Shown: positions 1 to 14,449 of the stretch, piece after piece
How the letters are laid out: every line of letters begins with the position of its first letter
Numbering within the stretch: the first letter of the stretch is position 1
NCBI RefSeq assembly: GCF_009914755.1
Contig: NC_060933.1
DNA length: 64,000 bases
DNA from: the human T2T-CHM13v2.0 reference genome, Homo sapiens
Strand: one strand, 5' to 3'
Notes under the pieces: generated by a model
What the model saw: the letters and a program-made list of their open reading frames with translations, nothing else
Told to the model about the DNA's origin: nothing
Database searches by the model: none
Made by a program: the position numbers and the translations under genes

Positions 1-518
1 GTAAGGGAGTTGAATAGAATCAATCCGAATGTAATGGAATGGAATGGAACGGAATGGAATTGAATGGAATGGAATGGAATGCAATGGAATGGAATCAACC
101 CGAGTGCAATGGAATGGAGAGGAATGGAATGGAATGGAATGGAAACTACCCGAATGGAATGGAATGTAATGGAGTGTAAGGGAAATGAATAGAATCAATC
201 CGAATGTAATGGAATGGAATGGAACGGAATGGAAAGGAATGGAATGGAATGGAATGGAATGCAATGGAATGGAATCAACCCGAGTGCAATCGAATGGAAT
301 CGAATGGAATGGCATGCAATGGAATGGATTCAACTTGAATGGAATGGAAAGAAAGGAATCAACACGAGTGGAATGGCATGGATTGGAATGGAATGGAATG
401 GAATCAACCCGAGTACAGGGGAATGGAATGGAATGGAATGCAATGGAATGGAATCATCCGTAATGGAATGGAAAGGAATGGAATGGAATGGAATGGAATG
501 GAATGGAATGGAATCAAC

Positions 519-532
519 TCGATTGCAATCGA
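519..532. other. Perfect 14-bp palindrome TCGATTGCAATCGA (first of ~28 copies)
   Basis: The sequence equals its own reverse complement and sits within CAACTCGATTGCAATCGAAT. Confidence 0.9.
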
Positions 533-708
533 ATGGAATGGAATGGAATTAACCCGAATAGAATGGAATGGAATGGAATGGAATGGAACGGAATGGAATG
601 GAATGGAATGGAACGGAACGGAACGGAATGGATGGAATGGAATAGAATGGAATGGAATGGAATCAACGCGAGTGCAGGGGAATGGAATGGAATGGAATGC
701 AATGGAAT

Positions 709-723
709 GGAATCTTCCGGAAT
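709..723. promoter_or_regulatory. Perfect three-unit heat-shock element nGAAnnTTCnnGAAn (first of ~43 copies)
   Basis: g-GAA-tc-TTC-cg-GAA-t matches the canonical HSF1 element exactly. The motif match is direct; binding at this copy is inferred. Confidence 0.6.
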
Positions 724-2709
724 GGAATGGAATGGAATGGAATGGAATGAAATGCAATTGATTCAACTCGATTGCAATGGAATGGAATAGAATGGAATGG
801 AATGGAACGGAATGGAATGGAATGGAATTAACCCGAATAGAATGGAATGGAATGGAATGGAACGTAATGGAACGGAATGGAACGGAATGGAATGGAATGG
901 AATGGTATGGAATGGAATGGAATGGTACGGAATAGAATGGAATGGAACGAATTGTAATGGAATGGAATTGAATGGAATGGAATGGAATGGAATGGAATCA
1001 ACGCAAGTGCAGGGGAATGTAATGGAACGGAATGCAATGGAATGGAATCATCCGGAATGGAATGGAATGGAATGGAATGGAATGGAATCAACCCGAGTGC
1101 AATGGAATGGAGTGGAATGGAATGGAATGGAATGGAATGGAACAACCCGAATGGAATGGAAAGTAATGGAGATTAAGGGAGTTAAATAGAATCAATCCGA
1201 ATGTAATGGAATGGAATGCAACGGAATGGAATGGAATGGAATGGAATGGAATGGAATGGAATGGAATGCAATGGAATGGAATCAACCCGAGTACAGTGGA
1301 ATGGAATGGAATGGAATGGAATGGAATGGAATGGAATGCCTTCAAACCGAATGGAATGGAAAGGAATGGAATCAACACGAGTGGAATGGAATGGAATGGA
1401 ATGGAATGGAATGGAATGGAATGGAATGATACGGAATAGAATGGAATGGAACGAAATGGAATGGAATGGAATCAACGCGAGTGCAGGGGAATGGAATGGA
1501 ATCGAATGGAATGGAAAGGAATGGAATGGAATCAACCCGAGTGCAGGGGAAAGTAATGGAACGGAATGCAATGGAATGGAATCATCCGGAATGGAATGGA
1601 ATGGAATGGAATGGAATCAACCCGAGTACAATGGAATGGAGTGGAATGGAAAGGAATGGAATGGAACAACCCGAATGGAATGGAATGTAATCGGGAGTAA
1701 GGGAGTTGAAAAGAATCAATCCGAATGTAATGGAATGGAATGGAACGGAATGGAATGGAATGGAATGGAATGGAATGGAATGCAATGGAATGGAATCAAC
1801 CCGAGTACAATGGAATGTAATGGAATGGAATGGAATGGAATTGAATGGAATGGAATGCAATGGAATGGAATCTTCCGGAATGGAATGGAATGGAATGGAA
1901 TGGAATGGAATGCAATGGATTCAACTCGATTGCAATGGAATGGAATGGAATGGAATGGAATGGAATGGAATTAAACCGAATAGAATGGAATGGAATGGAA
2001 AGGAAAGGAACAGAACGGAACGGAACGGAACGGAGTGGAATGGAATGGAATGGAATTGTATGGAATGGAATGGAATGGTACGCAATAGAATGGAATGGAA
2101 AGAATTGGAATGGAATGGAATCGAATGGAATGGAATGGAATGGAATGGAATCAACCCGAGTGCAGGGGAATGTAATGGAACGGAATGCAATGGAATGGAA
2201 TCATCCGGAATGGAATGGAATGGAATGGAATGGAATGGAATGGAATGGAATCAACCCGAGCGCAATGGAATGGAGTGGAATGGAATGGAATGGAATGGAA
2301 CAACCCGAATGGAATGGAATGTAATGGAGAGTAAGGGAGTTGAATAGAATCAATCAGAATGTAATGGAATGGAACGGAATGGAACGGAATGGAATGGAAT
2401 GGAATGGAATGGAATGCAATGGAATGGAATCAACCCGAGTACAATGGAACAGAATGGAATGTAATGGAATGGAATGGAATGGAATGGAATGGAATGGAAT
2501 GGAATCAACCCGAGTGCAATGGAACGGAGAGGAATGGAATGGAATGGAATGGAAACTACCCGAATGGAATGGAATGTAATGGAGTGTAAGGGAATTGAAT
2601 AGAATCAAACCGAATGGAATGGAATGGAATGGAATGGAATGGAATGGAATGGAATGGAATCAACTCGATTGCAATGGAATGGAATGGAATGGAATTAACC
2701 CGAATAGAA

Positions 2710-5700
2710 TGGAATGGAATGGAATGGAACGGAACGGAACGGAATGGAATGGATTGGAATGGAATGGAATGGAGTGGAATGGAACGGAAAGGAATGGAAT
2801 GGAATGGAATGGAATGGAATGGAATGGAATGGAATGGAATCAACGCGAGTGCAGGGAAATGGAATGGAATGGAATGCAATGGAATGGAATCTTCCGGAAT
2901 GGAATGGAATGGAATGGAATGGAATGGAATGGAATGGAATGCAATGGAATGGAATCTTCCGGAATGGAATGGAATGTAATGTAATGGAATGGAATGGAAT
3001 GGAATGGAATGGAATGGAATAAACCCGAGTGCAATGGAATGGAGTGGAATGGAATGGAATGGAATGGAACAACCCGAATGGAATGGAATGTAAAGGACAC
3101 TAAGGGAGTTGAATAGAATCAATCCGAATGTAATGGAATGGAATGGAACGGAATGGAATGGAATGGAATGGAATGGAATGCAATGGAATGGAATCAACCC
3201 GAGTTCAATGGAATGGAGAGGAATGGAATGGAATGGAATGGAAACTACCCGAATGGAATGGAATGTAATGGAGTGTAAGGGAATTGAATAGAATCAATCC
3301 GAATGTATTGGAATGGAATGGAACGGAATGGAATAGAATGGAATGGAATGGAATGGAATGGAATGGAATGCAATGGAATGGAATCAACCCGAGTGCAATC
3401 GAACGGAATCGAATGGAATGGAATGTAATGGAATGGATTCAACTTGAATGGAATGGAAAGAATGGAATCAACACGAGTGGAATGGCATGGATTGGAATGG
3501 AATGGAATGGAATCAACCCGAGTACAGGGGAATGGAATGGAATGGAATGCAATGGAATGGAATCATCCGTAATGGAATGGAAAGGAATGGAATGGAATGG
3601 AATGGAATGGAATGGAATCAACTCGATTGCAATCGAATGGAATGGAATGGAATTAACCCGAATAGAATGGAATGGAATGGAATGGAACGGAACGGAATGG
3701 AACGGAATGGAATGGAATGGAATGTAACGGAACGGAACGGAATGGATGGAATGGAATGGAATGGAATGGAATCAACGCGAGTTCAGGGGAATGGAATGGA
3801 ATGGAATGCAATGTAATGGAATCTTTCGGAATGGAATGGAATGGAATGGAATGGAATGAAATGCAATTGATTCACCTCGATTGCAATGGAATGGAATAGA
3901 ATGGAATGGAATGGAATGGAATGGAATGGAATTAACCCGTATAGTATGGAATGGAATGGAATGGAACGGAATGGAACGGAATGGAATGGAATGGAATGGA
4001 ATGGAATGGTATGGAATGGAATGGAATGGTACGGAATAGAATGGAATGGAACGAATTGTAATGGAATGGAATTGAATGGAATGGAATGGAATGGAATGGA
4101 ATCAACGCGAGTGCAGGGGAATGTAATGGAACGGAATGCAATGGAATGCAATCATCCGGAATGGAATGGAATGGAATGGAATGGAATGGAATCAACCCGA
4201 GTGCAATGGAATGGAGTGGAATGGAATGGAATGGAACAACCCAAATGGAATGGAATGTAATGGAGAGTAAGGGAGTTGAATAGAATCAATCCGAATGTAA
4301 TGGAACGGAATGCAACGGAATGGAACGGAATGGAATGGAATGGAATGGAATGCAATAGAATGGAATCAACCCGACTACAATGGAATGGAATGGAATGGAA
4401 TGGAATGGAATGGAATGGAATGGAATGGAATGGAATGCAATGGAATGGAATCTTCCGGAATGGAATGGAATGGAATGGAATGGAATGCAATGGTTTCAAC
4501 TCGATTGCAATGGAATGGAATAGAATGGAATGGAATGGAATGGAATGGAATGGAATTAAACCGAATAGAATGGAATGGAATGGAATGGAATGGAATGGAA
4601 TGGAATGCAATGGAATGGAATCAACCCGAGTACAATGGAACGGAATGTAATGTAATGTAATGTAATGGAATTGAATGGAATGGAATGGAATCAACCCGAG
4701 TGCAATGGAATGGAGAGGAATGGAATGGAATGGAATGGAAACTACCCGAATGGAACGGAATGTAATGGAGTGTAAGGGAATTGAATAGAATCAATCCGAA
4801 TGGAATGGAATGGAATGGAACGGAATCTAATGGAATGGAATGGAATGGAATCAACCCGAGTGCAGGGGAATGGAATGGAATGGAATGCAATGGATTGGAA
4901 TCATCCGGAATGGAATGGAATGGAATGCAATGGAATGGAATGGAATGGAATCAACCCGAGTGCAATGGAATGGAGTGAAATGGAATGGAATGGAATGGAA
5001 ACAACCAGAATGGATTTGAATATAATGGAGTGTAAGGGAATTGAATAGAATCAATCTGAATGTAATGAAATGGAATGGAACGGAATGGAATGGAATGGAA
5101 TGGAATGGAATGGAATGCAATGGAATGGAATCAACCCGAGTGCAATCGAATGGAATCGAATGGAATGGAATGCAATGGAATGGATTCAACTTGAATGGAA
5201 TGGAAAGAATGGAATCAACACGAGTGGAATGGCATGGATTGGAATGGAATGGAATGGAATCAACCCGAGTACAGGGGAATGGAATGGAATGGAATGCGAT
5301 GGAATGGAATCATCCGTAATGGAATGGAAAGGAATGGAATGGAATGGAATGGAATGGAATGGAATGGAATCAACTCGACTGCAATCGAATGGAATTAACC
5401 CGAATAGAATGGAATGGAATGGAATGGAATGGAACGGAACGGAATGGAATGGAATGGAATGGAATGGAACGGAACGGAACGGAATGGAATGGAATGGAAT
5501 GGAATGGAATGGAATGGAATGGAATCAAGGCGAGTGCAGGGGAATTGAATGGAATGGAATGCAATGGAATGGAATCTTCCGCAATGGAATGGAATGGAAT
5601 GGAATGAAATGCAATGGATTCAACTCGATTGCAATGGAATGGAATAGAATGGAATGGAATGGAATGGAATGGAATGGAATTAACCCGAACAGAATGGAAT

Positions 5701-6350
5701 GGAATGGAATGGAACGGAATGGAACGGAATGGAATGGAATGGAATGGAATGGAATGGAATGGAATTGTATGGAATGGAATGGAATGGTACGGAATAGAAT
5801 GGAATGGAACGAATTGTAATGGAATGGAATTGAATGGAATGGAATGGAATGGAATGGAATCAACGCGAGTGCAGGGGAATGTAATGGAACGGAATGCAAT
5901 GGAATGGAATCATCCGGAATGGAATGGAATGGAATGGAATGGAATGGAATGGAATGGAATCAATCCGAGTGCAATGGAATGGAGTGGAATGGAATGGAAT
6001 GGAATGGAACAACCCGAATGGAATGGAATGAAATGGAGAGTAAGGGAGTTGAATAGAATCAATCCGAATGTAATGGAATGGCATGCAACGGAATGGAATG
6101 GAATGGAATGGAATGCAATGGAATGGAATCAACCCGAGTACAATGGAATGGAATGGAATGGAATGGAATGGAATGGAATGGAATGGAATGGAATGCCTTC
6201 AAACCGAATGGAATGGAAAGGAATGAAATCAACACGAGTGGAAAGGAATGGAATGGAATGGAATGGAATTGAATGGAATGGAATGGAATGATACGGAATA
6301 GAATGGAATGGAACGAAATGGAATGGAATGGAATGGAATGGAATGGAATG
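2710..6350 (+). repeat. Duplicated block; second copy at ~11405-14230
   Basis: Shared private variants: ATCTTTCGG (~3820/12515), TAGTATGG (~3942/12637), GGTTTCAAC (~4492/13187), GGATTTGAATATAA (~5012/13367), CAACTCGACTGCAATCGAATGGAATTAACC (5371/13731). Confidence 0.85.
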
Positions 6351-8030
6351 GAATGGAATGGAATCGTTCCGAGTGGAATAGGAGGGAATGTATTCGAGTG
6401 GAATGGAAAGGAATGGAATCAACCAGAGTGGAATGGAAGGGAATGGAATGGAATGGAAACTAATAGAATGGAATCAACCCGAGTGGAATGGAATGGAAAG
6501 GACTGGAATGGAAAGGAATGGAATGGAATGGAATGGAATGGAATGGAATGGAATGGAATCAAAGTGAGTGCAGGGGAATGGAATGGAATCGAATGGAATG
6601 GAATGGAATGGAATGGAATCAACCCGAGTGCAGGGGAATGTAATGGAACGGAATGCAATGGAATGGAATCATCCGGAATGGAATGCAATGGAATGGAATG
6701 GAATCAACCCGAGTGCAATGGAATGGAGTGGAATGGAATGGCATGGAATGGAACAATCCGAATGGAATGGAATGTAATGGAGAGTAAGGGAGTTGAAAAG
6801 AATCAATCCGAATGTAATGGAATGGAACCGAATGGAATGGAATGGAATGGAATGGAATGGAATGGAATGGAATGGAATGCAGTGGAATGGAATCAACCCG
6901 AGTACAATGGAATGGAATGGAATGGAATGCAATGGAATGGAATGGAATGGTACGGAATAGAATGGAATGGAACGAAATGGAATGGAATGGAATGGAATGG
7001 AATGGAATGGAATGGAATGGAATCGTTCCGAGTGGAATAGTAGGGAATGTATTCGAGTGGAATGGAAAGGAATGGAATCAACCAGAGTGGAATGGAAGGG
7101 AATGGAATGGAATGGAAACTAATAGAATGGAATCAACCCGAGTGGAAGGGAATGTAAAGGACTGGAATGAAATGGAATGGAATGGAATCAACTCGATTGT
7201 AATGGAATGGAATGGAATGGAATGGAATGGAATGGAATGGAGTGGAATGGAATGGAATCAACCCGAGTGCAATGGAATGGAGTGGAATGGAATGGAATGG
7301 AATGGAACAACCCGAATGGAATGGAATGTAATGGAGAGTAAGGGAGTTGAATAGAATCAATCCGAATGTAATGGAATAGAATGGAACGGAAGGGAAATGA
7401 ATGGAATGGAATGGAATTCAATGGAATGGAATCAACCCGAGTGCAATGGAATGGAGAGGAATGGAATGGAATGGAATGGAAACTACCCGAATGGAATGGA
7501 ATGTAATGGAGTGTAAGGGAATTGAATAGAATCAATCCGAATGTAATGGAATGGAATGGAACGGAATGGAATGGAATGGAATGGAATGAAATGGAATGCA
7601 ATGGAATGGAATCAACCCGAGTGCAATCGAATGGAATCGAATTGAATGGAATGCAATGGAATGGATTCAACTTGAATGAAATGGAAAGAATGGAATCAAC
7701 ACGAGTGGAATGGCATGGATTGGAATGGAATGGAATGGAATCAACCCGAGTACAGGGGAATGGAATGGAATGGAATGCAATGGAATGGAATCATCCGTAA
7801 TGGAATGGAAAGGAATGGAATGGAATGGATTGGAATGGAATGGAATGGAATTTAATGGAATGGAATCAACTCGATTGCAATCGAATGGAATGGAATGGAA
7901 TTAACCCGAATAGAATGGAATGGAATGGAATGGAACGGAACGGAATGTAATGGAATGGAATGGAACGGAACGGAATGGAATGGAATGGAATGGAATGGAA
8001 TCAACGCGAGTGCAGGGGAATGGAATGGAA
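4610..8030 (+). repeat. Duplicated block; second copy at ~24530-27850 (offset ~19.9 kb)
   Basis: Both copies carry the doubled CGTTCCGAG module (6365+7024 vs 26242+26891), AACAATCCGAAT and GGAACCGAAT. Matching ORF translations at 4781/24699 and 5041/24959. Confidence 0.8.
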
Positions 8031-8039
8031 TGGAATGCA

Positions 8040-11000
8040 ATGGAATGGAATGGAATGGAATGGAATTAACCCGAATACAATGGAATGGAATGGAATGGAA
8101 CAGAATGGAGTGGAATGGAATGGAATCAACCCGAGTGCAGGGGAATGGAATGGAATGCAAGGCAATGGAATGGAATCATCCGGAATGGAATGGAATGGAA
8201 TGCAAAGCAATGGAATCAACTCGATTGCAATGGAATGGAAAGGAATGGAAAGGAGTACATTGGAATCAACCCCAGTGGAATGGAATGGAAAGGACTAGAA
8301 TGGAGTGGAATGGAATGGAATGGAATGGAATGGAATGGAATGGAATGGAATCAAATTGATTGGAATGGAATGGAATGGAATGGAATGGAATGGAATGGAA
8401 TGGAATTAACCCGAATAGAAAGGAATGGAATGGAATGGAACGGAACGGAATGGAATGGAATGGAATGGAATGGAATGGAATTGAATGGAATGGAATCAAC
8501 CTGACTGCAGGGGAATGGAATGGAATGGAATGCAATGGAATGGATTCAACTTGAATGGAATGGAAAGAATGGAATCAACACGAGTGGAATGGCATGGATT
8601 GGAATGGGATGGAATGGAATCAACCCGAGTACAGGGGAATGGAATGGAATGGAATGCAATGGAATGGAATCATCCTTAATGGAATGGAAAGGAATGGAAT
8701 GGAATGGAATGGAATGGAATGGAATGGAATGGAATGGAATGGAATCAACTCAATTGCAATCGAATGGAATGGAATGGAATTAACCCGAATAGAATGGAAT
8801 GGAATGGAATGGAACGGAACGGAATGGAACGGAATGGAATGGAATGGAATGGAATGGAATGGAATGGAATGGAACGGAAAGGAATGGAATGGAATGGAAT
8901 GGAATGGAATGGAATGGAATGGAATGGAATGGAATCAACTCGAGTGCAGGGGAATGGAATGGAATGGAATGCAATGGAATGGAATCTTCCGGAATGGAAT
9001 GGAATTGAATGGAATGGAATGGAATGGAATGGAATAAACCCGAGTGCAATGGAATGGAGTGGAATGGAATGGAATGGAATGGAAAAACCAGAATGGAATG
9101 GAATGTAATGCAGACTAAGGGAGTTGAATAGAATCAATCCGAATGTAATGGAATGGAATGGAACGGAATGGAATTGAATGGAATGGAATGGAATGGAATG
9201 CAATGGAATGGAATCAACCCGAGTGCAATGGAATGGAGAGGAATGGAATGGAATGGAATGGAAACTACCCGAATGGAATGGAATGTAATGGAGTGTAAGG
9301 GAATTGAATAGAATCAATCCGAATGTAATGGAATGGAAAGGAACGGAATGGAATGGAATGGAATGGAATGGAATGGAATGGAATGGAATGGAATGGAATG
9401 CAATGGAATGGAATCAACCCGTGTGCAATCGAATGGAATCGAATTGAATGGAATGCAATGGAATGGATTCAACTTGAATGGAATGGAAAGAATGGAATCA
9501 ACACGAGTGGAAGGGCATGGATTGGAATGCAATGCAATGGAATCAACCCGAGTACAGGGGAATGGAATGGAATGGAATGCAATGGAATGGAATGGAATGC
9601 AATGGAATGGAATCATCCGTAATGGAATGGAAAGGAATGGAATGGAATGGAATGGAATGGAATGGAATGGAATGGAATGGAATGGAATCAACACGATTGC
9701 AGTCGAATGGAATGGAATGGAATTAACCCGAATAGAATGGAATGGAATGGAATGCAACGGAACGGAATGGAATGGAATGGAATGGAATGGAACGGAACGG
9801 AACGGAACGGAATGGAATGGAATGGAATGGAATGGAATGGAATGGAATCAACGCGAGTGCAGGGAGATGGAATGGAATGGAATACAATGGAATGGAATGC
9901 AATGGAATGGAATCTTCCGGAATGGAATGGAATGGAATGGAATGGAATGAAATGCAATGGATTCAACTCGATTGCAATGGAATGGAATAGAATGGAATGG
10001 AATGGAATGGAATGGAATTAACCCGAATAGAATGGAATGGAATGGAATGGAACGGAATGGAACGGAATGGAATGGAATGGAATGGAATGGAATGGAATGG
10101 AATGGTACGGAATAGAATGGAATGGAACGAATTGCAATGGAATGGAATTGAATGGAATGGAATGGAATGGAATGGAATGGAGTGGAATGGAATGGAATCA
10201 ACGCGAGTGCAGGGGAATGTAATGGAACGGAATGCAATGGAATGGAATCATCCGGAATGGAATGGAATGGAATGGAATGGAATGGAATCAACCCGAGTGC
10301 AATGGAATGGAGTTGAATGGAATGGAATGGAATGGAACAACCCGAATGGAATGGAATGGAATGGAGAGTAAGGGAGTTGAATAGAATCAATCCGAATGTA
10401 ATGGAATGGAATGCAACGGAATGGAATGGAATGGAATGGAATGGAATGGAATGGAATGGAATGGAATGCAAAGGAATGGAATCAACCCGAGTGGAATGGC
10501 ATGGAATGGAATGCAATGGAATGGAATGGAATGGAATCAACTCGAGTGGAAAGGAATGGAATGGAATGGAAAGGAATGGAATGAAATCAACTCGAGTGGA
10601 ATGGAATGGAATGGAATGGAATAGATTGGAATGGATTGCAACGGAATGAAATGGAATGCAATGGAATGGAATCAATCATTCCGAGTGGAATGTAAGGGAA
10701 TGTAATGGAGTGGAAAGAAGGGAATGGAATCAACCCGATTGGAATGCAAGGCAATGGAGTGGAATGGAAAGGAATGGAATGGAATCAACTCGATTGCAAT
10801 GGAATGGAATGGAATGGAATGGAATGGAATGGAATTAACCGGAATAGAATGGAATGCAATGGAATGGAACGGAATGGAATGGAATGGAAGGTAATGGAAT
10901 CAACACGAGTGCAGGGGAATGGAATGGAATGGAATGCAATGGAATGGAATCATCCGGAATGGAATGGAATGGAATGGAATCAACTCCATTGCAATGGAAT

Positions 11001-11400
11001 GGAATGGAATGGAATGGAATAGAATGGAATGGAATTAACCCGAATAGAATGGAATGCAAAAGAATGGAATGGAACGGAACCGAATGGAGTGGAATGGAAT
11101 GGAATGGAATCAACCTGAGTGCAGGGGAATGGAATGGAATGGAATGCAATGGCATGGAATCTTCCGGAATGGAATAGAATGGAATGGAATGGAATCAAAC
11201 CGAGTGCAATGGAATGGAGTGAAATGGAATGGAATGGAATGGAAACAACAAGAATGGATTGGAATATAATGGAGTGTAAGGGAATTGAATAGAATCAATC
11301 TGAATGTAATGAAATGGAATCGAACGGAATGGAATGGAATGGAATGGTATCGAATGGAATGGAATGGAATGGAATCAACCCGAGTGCAATGGAATGGATT
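8040..11400 (+). repeat. Duplicated block; second copy at ~32370-35570 (offset ~24.2 kb)
   Basis: Shared CAAATTGATTGG (8352/32661), CCCGTGTGC, CAACACGATTGC, GCAGGGAGATGG, CAATCATTCCGAG (10673/34827) and CAACTCCATT. Confidence 0.85.
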
Positions 11401-14400
11401 CGAATGGAATGGAATGGAACGGAACGGAACGGAATGGAATGGATTGGAATGGAATGGAATGGAGTGGAATGGAACGGAAAGGAATGGAATGGAATGGAAT
11501 GGAATGGAATGGAATGGAATGGAATGGAATGGAATCAACGCGAGTGCAGGGAAATGGAATGGAATGGAATGCAATGGAATGGAATCTTCCGGAATGGAAT
11601 GGAATGGAATGGAATGGAATGGAATGGAATGGAATGCAATGGAATGGAATCTTCCAGAATGGAATGGAATGTAATGTAATGGAATGGAATGGAATGGAAT
11701 GAAATGAAATGGAATAAACCCGAGTGCAATGGAATGGAGTGGAATGGAATGGAATGGAATGGAACAACCCGAATGGAATGGAATGTAAAGGAGACTAAGG
11801 GAGTTGAATAGAATCAATCCGAATGTAATGGAATGGAATGGAACGGAACGGAATGGAATGGAATGGAATGGAATGCAATGGAATGGAATCAACCCGAGTT
11901 CAATGGAATGGAGAGGAATGGAATGGAATGGAATGGAAACTACCCGAATGGAATGGAATGGAATGGAGTGTAAGGGAATTGAATAGAATCAATCCGAATG
12001 TAATGGAATGGAATGGAACGGAATTTAATAGAATGGAATGGAATGGAATGGAATGGAATGCAATGGAATGGAATCAACCCGAGTGCAATCGAACGGAATC
12101 GAATGGAATGGAATGTAATGGAATGGATTCAACTTGAATGGAATGGAAAGAATGGAATCAACACGAGTGGAATGGCATGGATTGGAATGGAATGGAATGG
12201 AATCAACCCGAGTACAGGGGAATGGAATGGAATGGAATGCAATGGAATGGAATCATCCGTAATGGAATGGAAAGGAATGGAATGGAATGGAATGGAATGG
12301 AATGGAATCAACTCGATTGCAATCGAATGGAATGGAATGGAATTAACCCGAATAGAATGGAATGGAATGGAATGGAACGGAACGGAATGGAACGGAATGG
12401 AATGGAATGGAATGGAACTCAACGGAACGGAATGGATGGAATGGAATGGAATGGAATGGAATGGAATCAACGCGAGTGCAGGGGAATGGAATGGAATGGA
12501 ATGCAATGTAATGGAATCTTTCGGAATGGAATGGAATGGAATGGAATGGAATGAAATGCAATTGATTCAACTCGATTGCAATGGAATGGAATAGAATGGA
12601 ATGGAATGGAATGGAATGGAATGGAATTAACCCGAATAGTATGGAATGGAATGGAATGGAACGGAATGGAACGGAATGGAATGGAATGGAATGGAATGGA
12701 ATGGTATGGAATGGAATGGAATGGTACGGAATAGAATGGAATGGAACGAATTGTAATGGAATGGAATTGAATGGAATTGAATGGAATGGAATGGAATCAA
12801 CGCGAGTGCAGGGGAATGTAATGGAACGGAATGCAATGGAATGGAATCATCCGGAATGGAATGGAATGGAATGGAATGGAATGGAATCAACCCGAGTGCA
12901 ATGGAATGGAGTGGAATGGAATGGAATGGAATGGAACAACCCAAATGGAATGGAATGTAATGGAGAGTAAGGGAGTTGAATAGAATCAATCCGAATGTAA
13001 TGGAACGGAATGCAACGGAATGGAACGGAATGGAATGGAATGGAATGGAATGCAATAGAATGGAATCAACCCGAGTACAATGGAATGGAATGGAATGGAA
13101 TGGAATGGAATGGAATGGAATGGAATGGAATGGAATGGAATGCAATGGAATGGAATCTTCCGGAATGGAATGGAATGGAATGCAATGGTTTCAACTCGAT
13201 TGCAATGGAATGGAATAGAATGGAATGGAATGGAATGGAATGGAATGGAATTAAACCGAATAGAATGGAATGGAATGGAATGCAAAGGAATGGAATGGAA
13301 TGGAATCAACCCGAGTGCAATGGAATGGAGTGAAATGCAATGGAATGGAAAGGAAACAACCAGAATGGATTTGAATATAATGGAGTGTAAGGGAATTGAA
13401 TAGAATCAATCTGAATGTAATGAAATGGAATGGAACGGAATGGAATGGAATGGAATGGAATGGAATGGAATGCAATGGAATGGAATCAACCCGAGTGCAA
13501 TCGAATGGAATCGAATGGAACGGAATGCAATGGAATGGATTCAACTTGAATGGAATGGAAAGAATGGAATCAACACGAGTGGAATGGCATGGATTGGAAT
13601 GGAATGGAATGGAATCAACCCGAGTACAGGGGAATGGAATGGAATGGAATGCAATGGAATGGAATCATCCGTAATGGAATGGAAAGGAATGGAATGGAAA
13701 GGAATGGAATGGAATGGAATGGAATGGAATCAACTCGACTGCAATCGAATGGAATTAACCCGAATAGAATGGAATGGAATGGAATGGAACGGAACGGAAT
13801 GGAATGGAATGGAATGGAATGGATTTGTATGGAATGGAATGGAATGGTACGGAATAGAATGGAATGGAACGAATTGTAATGGAATAGAATTGAATGGAAT
13901 GGAATGGAATGGAATGGAATCAACGCGAGTGCAGGGGAATGTAATGGAACGGAATGCAATGGAATGGAATCATCCGGAATGGAATGGAATGGAATGGAAT
14001 GGAATGCAATGGAATGGAATCAACCCGAGTACAATGGAATGGAATGGAATGGAATGGAATGGAATGGAATGGAATGGAATGCCTTCAAACCGAATGGAAT
14101 GGAAAGGAATGAAATCAACACGAGTGGAATGTAATGGAATTCAATGGAATGGAATGGAATGGAAGGATACGGAATAGAATGGAATGGAACGAAATGGAAT
14201 GGAATGGAATGGAATGGAATGGAATGGAATGGAATGGAATTGAATGGAAAGGAATCAACTCGATTGAAATGGAATGGAATGGAATGGAATGGAATGGAAT
14301 GGAATGGAATGGAATGGAATCAACCCGAGTGCAATGGAATGGAGTGGAATGGAATGGAATGGAATGGAATGGAATGGAATGGAATGGAATTAACCGGAAT

Positions 14401-14449
14401 AGAATGGAATGCAATGGAATGGAATGGAACGGAATGGAATGGAATGGAA

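Noticed and set aside
11-30. GAATAGAATCA as a DUX4 site
   Set aside because: It does not match the TAAYBBAATCA consensus at the first half-site.
715-722. TTCCGGAA as a STAT/GAS or ETS site
   Set aside because: GAS needs TTC-N3-GAA and the spacing here is N2, which fits an HSE. The ETS consensus CCGGAAGT is not matched (CCGGAATG).
6365-6450. AGGAGG in module F as a Shine-Dalgarno site, or G-rich words as G-quadruplexes
   Set aside because: The context is eukaryotic satellite with no real CDS downstream. Four closely spaced G3 runs are not present.
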